The notes under the pieces were generated by a model. It made no database searches. It saw only the letters and a list, made by a program, of their open reading frames with translations, and was not told the DNA's origin. A stretch of DNA of 24,167 bases from contig JBJKQR010000004.1 in assembly GCA_046735395.1 (NCBI GenBank), positions 1-24,167 of the forward strand, read 5' to 3'. Of this stretch, positions 17,241 through 24,167 are shown piece after piece. Within the stretch, counting starts at the first letter, position 1. Every line of letters starts with the position of its first letter. This DNA is from Fidelibacterota bacterium (GTDB taxonomy: Bacteria > Fidelibacterota > Fidelibacteria > Fidelibacterales > DSDE01). A program made the translations under genes and the position numbers.

Positions 17241-17645
17241 TTACTTCACAAGCCGCATCGGTTCGAGGGTCATTCCGCATTCCTCGCATTTGCCGGGTTT
17301 GTCATGACGGATATGGGAATGGGAGGGCATGGGGCAGCCATAAAAGCTTGCGTGTTCGGCATCTGTCACAACGGCTTTCACCAGCTCCATTCCACATTTA
17401 GGGCATTTGCCGGCTTCGGCGCTGTGAACATCGGAGTGGCTCGGCATCGGGCAGGTATAGTAGATAAGTTTTTCTGCTTCGGTTTGGGCGGCATCTTTTT
17501 TCATGTCCATACCTTTCATGTCCATGGACTTCATTTCCGTGCTGTCCTTCTGTCCGCAGGGCATGGGACATTTTCCGCAGTCATTCGCGGCTGTGAGCAG
17601 GGAGCTGAGGCCGAGTGCTAAAAGCATGATAGTCAGCTTTTTCAT
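17241..17645 (-). CDS. Small periplasmic heavy-metal-binding-domain protein (two HMBD-like repeats, Met-rich linker)
   Basis: Signal peptide; YTCPMPSH...GKCPKCGMEL and YGCPMPSH...GKCEECGMTL; MKSMDMKGMDMKK; overlaps the cusA stop; AAGGAG RBS. Confidence 0.88.
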   Translation of the reverse strand: MKKLTIMLLALGLSSLLTAANDCGKCPMPCGQKDSTEMKSMDMKGMDMKKDAAQTEAEKLIYYTCPMPSHSDVHSAEAGKCPKCGMELVKAVVTDAEHASFYGCPMPSHSHIRHDKPGKCEECGMTLEPMRLVK

Positions 17646-20600
17646 TTCTTTTCTCCTTTTGGATAGGTTTGTGTATTATTTATTTGATTGGACCAAAGTT
17701 TCTCCATCCAGGCTGGCGAAGATCTTAAGCTGCCGTCCGGCATCCGAACCTTCGCTTCAGCAACCGTTGAATAGAGGATGGGGACCACGAAAGTGGTCAG
17801 AATGACGAAGACCATGCCTCCGAATGAGGGAATGGCCATGGGGACCATGACGTCGGCTCCCCGTCCGCTGGAACTGAGTACGGGGATCAGCGCCAGAATC
17901 GTGGTTGCGGCTGTCATCATGGCCGGCCGGATGCGTCGTGACCCGGCGAAGATAACGGCTTCACGGATTTCCTGCACCGTGGAGGGTTTGCGCTCGGCAA
18001 AGCTCTGTTCCAGATAGGTGCTGATAATGACACCGTCGTCAGTCGCGATGCCGAACAGCGCCAGGAATCCAACCCATACAGCGACCGACAGGTTAACGGG
18101 ATGAATCTGAAAGAGCGACCGCATGTCAATATTTCCGAAATGGAAATTCAGGAACCATCCCTGGCTGTAGAGCCAGAGCATGGTGAATCCGCCGGCCCAG
18201 GCCACCAATATTCCCGAAAAGACGATCAGGGTGGTGGGCACACTCTTGAACTGGAACCACAGGATGAGGAAAATCAGGAAAAGCGCCAGCGGCAGGATGA
18301 GCCGCAGCTTTTTCATGGCCCTCACCTGATTTTCATAGGATCCGGCAAAACTGTAACTGACGCCGGCAGGGAGAACAAGTTCGCCGCTTTCCAGCTTCTG
18401 CTGCAGCGCCCGTTGAGCATCCTCCACCACATCCACTTCCGCGTGTCCGTCCTTTTTATCGAACAGCACATAGGAGACCAGAAACGTATCCTCGCTTTTT
18501 ATGACCTGGGGCCCCCGCACATACTGAATCTTCGCCAGCTGTCCCAGCGGGACCTGTGTGCCGTCCGAGGCCGGAATCAGTATTTTCTTCAGGTCTTCAA
18601 TGGAACCGCGATATTCCCGCATGTAGCGGACGCGGATGGGATACCGTTCACGTCCTTCCACGCTGGTTGTGAGCTTCATGCCTCCAATGGCGGTTTCGAC
18701 GACCATCTGAAACTGTTCCATGGAAATGCCGAAGCGGGCGATTTCCTTGCGGTCCACGACAATTTCCAGATAGGGTTTGCCGACGATACGATCGGCGAAT
18801 ACAGCTGAACTCTGAACGGACGGAACGTCTTTAAGAATTTTTTCCAGAGCAAGGCCTGTGGATTCAATACTTTCCAGTGACGGTCCCTTGACCTTGATAC
18901 CCATGGGGGCGCGCATTCCGCTCTGCAGCATGACGATCCGGGCGGAAATAGGCTGGAGTTTGGGCGCGGAGGTGGTTCCGGGTAACTGAGCCGCTTTCAC
19001 CAGTTCTTTCCAGATATCGGAATTGCTGTGAATTTCCGGCCGCCATTGACGAAAGGGTTTGCCATGGCTGTCCGGAATCAGTTCGCCCTTTGAATCCCGT
19101 TTGAATTCACCCTTTTCGTTGACTGCGAAAAGCATCCGGTTGCCCTGTTCGTCGCTTTTGTACTCCGATTTGTAGGTAATAATGCTTTCGATCATGGACA
19201 GGGGTGCCGGATCGAGAGCCGTATCGGCGCGGCCCGCCTTGCCGACCACGCTTTCAACCTCCGGAACGGAATACAATGCCATGTCGAGTGTCTTCAGGAC
19301 ATCCTCCACTTCCTCCACACCGGCGTGAGGCATGGTGGTGGGCATATAGAGAAAGGATCCTTCGTCCAGGGGCGGCATGAATTCCTTTCCGATCCCCGGA
19401 AGCCGGTGACTGAGCTGTCCGAACCAGTGGCTGTGGGTGACAAAAGCAGGAAGAAAGGCGCCGGTTTTCCCGATTCCCAGCCAGGCGGTGAATCCGAATA
19501 TGACCAGAAATACGGGCAGGCTGAGGATGGTCGCCTTATGATCCAGTGCATAGCGGAGTATAGTAGGATATAATTTCGTGAAGAGAATCAATGCGCCCAT
19601 GACGACGGTGAGCATGGCGGTTACAAAGAGGAAATTCACGAAAGTGGATTTGTCATAGCCGAGGGGAGCCCAGACTTTGGCAAGAATCGCACCGGTCACG
19701 ACGATGGCAGTCCAGTTGATGATCTTCGGCATCCGGGCTTTCCAGGCCTCGCTGAGCCGGGCTTCGGCAAGCGGCCACAGGCCTGCGGCAATGAAGATGA
19801 GGCCGATCCACCAGCTGACCTTTATCATGAGGACGAGACCGGCCAGAATAACCAGCCCGTGCAGCACCGTCTTCAGACGCAGTGATTTGCTCTTATTGCC
19901 GAGAAGGATATGGGCAAGCGGGGGCAGGATGGTGAGCGTAATCAGGACTGAAAGAATCAGCGCGAAGGTTTTGGTATAGGCCAGCGGTTTGAAGAGTTTA
20001 CCTTCGGCGGCGTCCATGGTAAAGACGGGCAGAAAGGAAACAACGGTGGTGGAAACAGCTGTGAGGACAGCGGAACCGACTTCGGATGACGCCCTGAAAA
20101 TAACATCGCGCCGGGATTCCTCCGGTGGTGCTGATTCAAGATGCTTGAGAATGTTTTCCGACACAACGATGCCCATATCCACAATGGTCCCGATGGCGAT
20201 GGCGATTCCGGACAGCGCGACAATATTGGCGTCAACCCCGAAGAGTTTCATGGCGATGAACACCAGCAGTACCGTCAGAGGGAGCAGCGTGCTGATCATC
20301 AGAGAGGTTCTCAGGTGCATGACCATAAGCAGAATGACAATGATGGTGATGAGGATTTCATCGCGAAGGGCATGATTCAGAGTGCCGAGTGTCTCATTGA
20401 TGAGGCCGGTCCGGTCATAAAAGGGAACGATATGCACCTGGCTTTTTCGTCCGTCTGGCAGGATTTTGGAGGGAAGGCCCGGGGAAATCTCTTTGATTTT
20501 TTCCTTCAGATGCTTGATGGCTGCCAGAGGATTTTCACCATAGCGAACGATGGCCACGCCTCCTACGGCCTCGGCGCCTTCCTTGTCCAGGATTCCGCGC

Positions 20601-21487
20601 CGCAGGGCCGGGCCCAGGACAACATTTCCGATATCCTTGATATAGAGGGGGACGTTATCACGGGTGGAGACAACCGTGTTTTCCAGGTCTTCCGGGGAGC
20701 GAACAAAGCCCAAACCTCTGACCACATATTCCACACGATTTATCTCAATGGTGCGGGCACCCACATCGAGATTTGAGCGTCGGACCGCATTAAAGACATC
20801 CGTGAGGCTGACGCCATATTCCTGCAGTGCGGTAGGATCCACGTCGATCTGATATTCCTTCACATGGCCGCCCACAGATGCAATTTCCGATATTCCTTCA
20901 GCAGACTGCAGTGCGTAACGGACCGTCCAGTCCTGAATGCTTCGCAGTTCCTGCAGATCCCAGCCGCCGGTGGGATTTCCTTTTTCGTCCTCTCCTTCCA
21001 GTGTGTACCAGAATACCTGGCCGAGTGCCGTCGCATCCGGACCGAGTGATGGCTGAACGCCCTGAGGAAGCGTTCCTGCGGGCAAGGAGTTCAGTTTTTC
21101 CAGAATCCGGCTCCGTGACCAGTAGAATTCCGCATCTTCCTTGAATATGACATAGATGGTGGAGAACCCGAACATGGAGTAGGACCGGACGGTTTTTACA
21201 TCCGGGATGCCGAGCAGGGAAACTGTCAGCGGATAAGTGATCTGATCCTCCACATCCTGGGGCGATCGTCCGGCCCATTGGGTGAAGACGATCTGCTGGT
21301 TTTCTCCGATGTCAGGAATGGCATCCACCGGGACCGGATCCCGCGGAAGAGAGCTGATCTGCCAGTCGAAGGGAGCGACAATGATGCTCCACACGATCAG
21401 CATGGCGACCACCAGTCCGGTAACCAGCTTGTTGTCGAGGCAGGCCTTTATCAGCCTGTCAACGGGAGAGAGCTTAGGGTTTTCCAT
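17642..21487 (-). CDS. cusA: CusA-type heavy-metal efflux RND permease (Cu(I)/Ag(I)), long form
   Basis: PVDAIPDIGENQQIV, GPDATALGQVFWY, AIAIGTIVD, GKLFKPLAYTKT; segments equivalent to the Met triad: FLYMP, APLSMIE, RIVMLQSG; RIRPAMMT. Confidence 0.96.
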   Translation of the reverse strand: MENPKLSPVDRLIKACLDNKLVTGLVVAMLIVWSIIVAPFDWQISSLPRDPVPVDAIPDIGENQQIVFTQWAGRSPQDVEDQITYPLTVSLLGIPDVKTVRSYSMFGFSTIYVIFKEDAEFYWSRSRILEKLNSLPAGTLPQGVQPSLGPDATALGQVFWYTLEGEDEKGNPTGGWDLQELRSIQDWTVRYALQSAEGISEIASVGGHVKEYQIDVDPTALQEYGVSLTDVFNAVRRSNLDVGARTIEINRVEYVVRGLGFVRSPEDLENTVVSTRDNVPLYIKDIGNVVLGPALRRGILDKEGAEAVGGVAIVRYGENPLAAIKHLKEKIKEISPGLPSKILPDGRKSQVHIVPFYDRTGLINETLGTLNHALRDEILITIIVILLMVMHLRTSLMISTLLPLTVLLVFIAMKLFGVDANIVALSGIAIAIGTIVDMGIVVSENILKHLESAPPEESRRDVIFRASSEVGSAVLTAVSTTVVSFLPVFTMDAAEGKLFKPLAYTKTFALILSVLITLTILPPLAHILLGNKSKSLRLKTVLHGLVILAGLVLMIKVSWWIGLIFIAAGLWPLAEARLSEAWKARMPKIINWTAIVVTGAILAKVWAPLGYDKSTFVNFLFVTAMLTVVMGALILFTKLYPTILRYALDHKATILSLPVFLVIFGFTAWLGIGKTGAFLPAFVTHSHWFGQLSHRLPGIGKEFMPPLDEGSFLYMPTTMPHAGVEEVEDVLKTLDMALYSVPEVESVVGKAGRADTALDPAPLSMIESIITYKSEYKSDEQGNRMLFAVNEKGEFKRDSKGELIPDSHGKPFRQWRPEIHSNSDIWKELVKAAQLPGTTSAPKLQPISARIVMLQSGMRAPMGIKVKGPSLESIESTGLALEKILKDVPSVQSSAVFADRIVGKPYLEIVVDRKEIARFGISMEQFQMVVETAIGGMKLTTSVEGRERYPIRVRYMREYRGSIEDLKKILIPASDGTQVPLGQLAKIQYVRGPQVIKSEDTFLVSYVLFDKKDGHAEVDVVEDAQRALQQKLESGELVLPAGVSYSFAGSYENQVRAMKKLRLILPLALFLIFLILWFQFKSVPTTLIVFSGILVAWAGGFTMLWLYSQGWFLNFHFGNIDMRSLFQIHPVNLSVAVWVGFLALFGIATDDGVIISTYLEQSFAERKPSTVQEIREAVIFAGSRRIRPAMMTAATTILALIPVLSSSGRGADVMVPMAIPSFGGMVFVILTTFVVPILYSTVAEAKVRMPDGSLRSSPAWMEKLWSNQINNTQTYPKGEKK

Positions 21488-23444
21488 TATTACCTGCCTC
21501 TCCGCTATTTCCTGTAAAGGTTGCGGTCACATCCCCGCAGCGCAGCATTTTTGTGCCGAAATAGGGATTATTGACGGTTTTTTCAGTCTGAAGCCAGGTT
21601 GCGCCCTTGTTGTCAAAGGCCATGGGGCAGAATAATTCATACAGCGTTTCGTCCCCTGAATGTCCCACGTGTTTTTCCAGCATGATGAGTGTTTCACTGA
21701 CCCGGGAAAATAGAACGCGTAATGTTTCGATATCCGAGATGGATTTTACATTCTTCAGGTTCGTTTTCAAGGTCGTCAGGCCGCTGGAAAGCATCTCGGA
21801 TTTCAAATCTGTTTCACTCAGAGAATCCACACGGCCGCTCAGGGTGAGGATCGCAGCATAGGCGCTGCGGAAATTATCCGCAGCCAGTTCTGCCTGCAGG
21901 GTATAGTAGGGCTGAAGCAGTGGATCGATGGACGCCGCGTCAGAAGAGCTTTTCATGTCCATGCCTTCCATGGAAGATGAACCGTTCTCCTGCTCACTGC
22001 TGTCATCGCCGCTCATCATGCTCGGTTTGCCGGCAATCTGTATGGCGCTGTCGATTTTGAAATTGCCGTGAGACACGATTTCTTCACCTTCTCCGAGTCC
22101 GCTCAGGACAATATAATCCAACCCGGCGCGCGGTCCGAGCGTGATTTCACGGGGAACAAAAGTCGGAGTTTCCTTATTAGGGAGTTTAATATAAACGAGA
22201 GTGCGTTTGCCTGTCTGCATAACTGCCGTGGCAGGGATGAGCAGTGAGGTTTTTCCGCCTTCCGGCTGACGAACCAGCCCCTGCTCTTCTGCCCGGACAA
22301 GGTCCATTCCGCAGATGTCGCATTTCCCCTTATGATCCCGGATCACTTCCGGGTGCATGGGGCAGATCCAGTTTCCCGCGAGTTCGGGATTAAAGGGTTT
22401 TCCCGTCGCATCGAGTTCGGAATGAATTTTTGCCCGGACAAACATACCCGGCTTGAGCAGGCCCTTGGGATTTTCCAGATTGATGCGGACTTTCACGGTT
22501 CGGGTTTTTTCATTCAGCACCGGTTCGATGAAGGTAACCCGGCCGCTGAATTCCTGTCCCGGGATGGATTCGGTGCTGAAGGTGGCGTTCTGTCCGTAGA
22601 TCAGCCAGGGCAGATCGCTTTCGTAGGCGTCCAGGACAACCCAGACATGGGACAGATCGGCAATGGTGTAAATGGGTGTCCCGGTTTTGACATAGGCCCC
22701 CTCCATCGCGTTTTTATGAATCACCACACCCGAAATGGGGCAGTAGATCGTCAGCCGGTCACTGGGTTTTCCGCGTTTTTCAATGCTCCGTATCTGATCA
22801 CTGGAAAGCCCCAGCAGCGAGAGCTTCTTCCGGGCCGCCTCGAGAGTGAGGCGATGGTCAGGGTCACTGCCAGAACCTGCTTTCACGGCCTGTATCAGCT
22901 CTTCCTGCGCGCTGTACAGTTCCGGGCTGTAGATCTCCGCTAGGTGTTCGCCCTTTTCGACTGATGTTCCGGTATAATCCACAAATAATCGTTCCAGACG
23001 TCCCGGAAACCAGGCGGTGATTTGCTTGACCCGGGTTTCATCCATGGCGATTTTTCCGGAAAGGAAGACATCCTTTTCCGCCTTGCCCCGGCGAACCTTG
23101 CTGGTAAAGATCCGGGCGAGCTTCAGAGCCGCGGGGGAGAGTTCCAGCTTTATTTCATCCGGAACAGCTGCATTCTTATCCATGGGTATGAGATCCATGA
23201 AGCAGATGGGGCATTTACCCGGTTCCGGGAGTTTGATCTGAGGATGCATGGAGCAGGTCCACCAGGTGACCACCTCCTGAACAGAGCTCGTATCGGTTGT
23301 TTTTACAGGTGTAATGGTTCCGGATTCATCATCATGAAGGCTCAGGCCCAGCAGAAAGGCCAGGATGATGAAAACCCAGACCGAACCGGGATTGGAGCGA
23401 ATTCGCTTCAGGAAATTTATTATTGTATTAAATGTCTTTTTCAT
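21474..23444 (-). CDS. cusB: CusB-type periplasmic adaptor with two HMBDs and a C-terminal DUF3347-like domain
   Basis: WTCSMHP...GKCPICFMDL, YSPELYSAQEE, LKPGMF, WICPMHP...GKCDICGMDL, FCPMAFDNKGATWLQ...NPYFGTKMLRCG. Confidence 0.94.
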   Translation of the reverse strand: MKKTFNTIINFLKRIRSNPGSVWVFIILAFLLGLSLHDDESGTITPVKTTDTSSVQEVVTWWTCSMHPQIKLPEPGKCPICFMDLIPMDKNAAVPDEIKLELSPAALKLARIFTSKVRRGKAEKDVFLSGKIAMDETRVKQITAWFPGRLERLFVDYTGTSVEKGEHLAEIYSPELYSAQEELIQAVKAGSGSDPDHRLTLEAARKKLSLLGLSSDQIRSIEKRGKPSDRLTIYCPISGVVIHKNAMEGAYVKTGTPIYTIADLSHVWVVLDAYESDLPWLIYGQNATFSTESIPGQEFSGRVTFIEPVLNEKTRTVKVRINLENPKGLLKPGMFVRAKIHSELDATGKPFNPELAGNWICPMHPEVIRDHKGKCDICGMDLVRAEEQGLVRQPEGGKTSLLIPATAVMQTGKRTLVYIKLPNKETPTFVPREITLGPRAGLDYIVLSGLGEGEEIVSHGNFKIDSAIQIAGKPSMMSGDDSSEQENGSSSMEGMDMKSSSDAASIDPLLQPYYTLQAELAADNFRSAYAAILTLSGRVDSLSETDLKSEMLSSGLTTLKTNLKNVKSISDIETLRVLFSRVSETLIMLEKHVGHSGDETLYELFCPMAFDNKGATWLQTEKTVNNPYFGTKMLRCGDVTATFTGNSGEAGNNGKP

Positions 23445-24167
23445 GGGAAATCCTTCCGGTTAACTGGTCGAAGCCGGCCTGAGCGAGGTAATAGTCCCCC
23501 AGGCTTTTGATATAGTCAAGTTCATATTGCAGCTGCCGCCGTTCCGCCTCAATGAGGGTGAGAAAATCAACCTGATTGGACATGTAGGCAGCCTTGGTTG
23601 TCTCATACAGCATATCGCTGTCCGGGATGATCTGTGTTCGGTACAATTCTGCCCGGCGATGGGCATCCGTCAGGTCGAACCAGCGCTGTTCGAATTCGGA
23701 TAAAAGACGGTCCTCCGTATTCCTTCGGTTATGCATGGCGACGGATTTATCCAGATTCGCCGCTTCGAGATCGCTGCTATTCTTTCCGAACCAGATCGGC
23801 AGCTGGGCGGAAACCATGACCACCAGAGGATCTTTTCCACTATCCGGAACGGGGTTCCCATTGATACTTTTTTCGCCGGTCAGGATATAATCAAGTCCTA
23901 CGCCAAGATCGGGAAAATAGTTCAGCTTGCTGCGACGGGCTATCAGCGATCCGGACTCAACCATCAGATCGGCCTTCTCAAGCAACGGGTTGGAGTGCCG
24001 AAGGTCTGAAAGCAGAGCGTCCCTGTCGGGCAGTACGCCTGGTGCCGGGAAAGAATCCGGCAGTAAAATAGTCATGGGATCCGGACTGTTGATGAGAAGC
24101 TGAAACCGGATCTTCTGTGCAGCCAGGTTGGATTCCAGATGACGGGCCTGGTCATCCAGACGAAGTT
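23428..24167 (-). CDS. TolC-family outer-membrane efflux protein, partial (5' end beyond the window)
   Basis: Frame stays open upstream of ATG 24075 to the edge (LRLDDQARHLESNLAAQK...); NYFPDLGVGLDY, QLPIWFGK, AYMSNQVDFLTLIEAER typical of the second OEP repeat; upstream of cusB. Confidence 0.9.
   Translation of the reverse strand, partial: LRLDDQARHLESNLAAQKIRFQLLINSPDPMTILLPDSFPAPGVLPDRDALLSDLRHSNPLLEKADLMVESGSLIARRSKLNYFPDLGVGLDYILTGEKSINGNPVPDSGKDPLVVMVSAQLPIWFGKNSSDLEAANLDKSVAMHNRRNTEDRLLSEFEQRWFDLTDAHRRAELYRTQIIPDSDMLYETTKAAYMSNQVDFLTLIEAERRQLQYELDYIKSLGDYYLAQAGFDQLTGRISHEKDI

Noticed and set aside
18101..22943. Plus-strand ORFs inside cusA and cusB (18101-18808, 20141-20776, 22332-22943)
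   Set aside because: Antisense shadows with no independent support.
23428..24075. 215-aa ORF as a complete short protein
   Set aside because: The frame remains open to the window edge, so it is the C-terminal half of a TolC-family gene.

Overview
Chromosomal window from a Gram-negative bacterium, probably of the FCB group (inferred from the fused lpxC-fabZ gene and the long-type CusA). Left end (1-~785): an AT-richer segment directly downstream of a tRNA-Val(TAC) gene whose acceptor 3' strand no longer fully matches its 5' strand, consistent with the edge of an integrated element. It holds a minus-strand gene cut by the window edge and missed by the ORF track (214..<1). That gene is preceded by a near-consensus sigma70 promoter and a highly structured leader of about 165 nt: two hairpins, one with a perfect 9-nt tandem repeat in its loop, followed by an H-type pseudoknot. 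This RNA-plus-protein unit is the best candidate for an undescribed system. The visible N-terminus weakly resembles retron/defence reverse transcriptases, but this cannot be confirmed here. The rest is mostly core genome: a lipoprotein, lgt, an ImcH-like 7-heme NapC/NirT cytochrome with a downstream lipoprotein, a 2[4Fe-4S] ferredoxin, then a tightly packed ~12 kb run mrp-DUF59-orf-uppS-bamA-skp-lpxD-lpxC/fabZ-lpxA-orf-dxr-rseP-orf. This run ends at a bidirectional terminator shared with a convergent Cu/Ag efflux operon (TolC-like partial, cusB, cusA, small metal-binding protein). All calls come from reading motifs by eye; no database searches were run.
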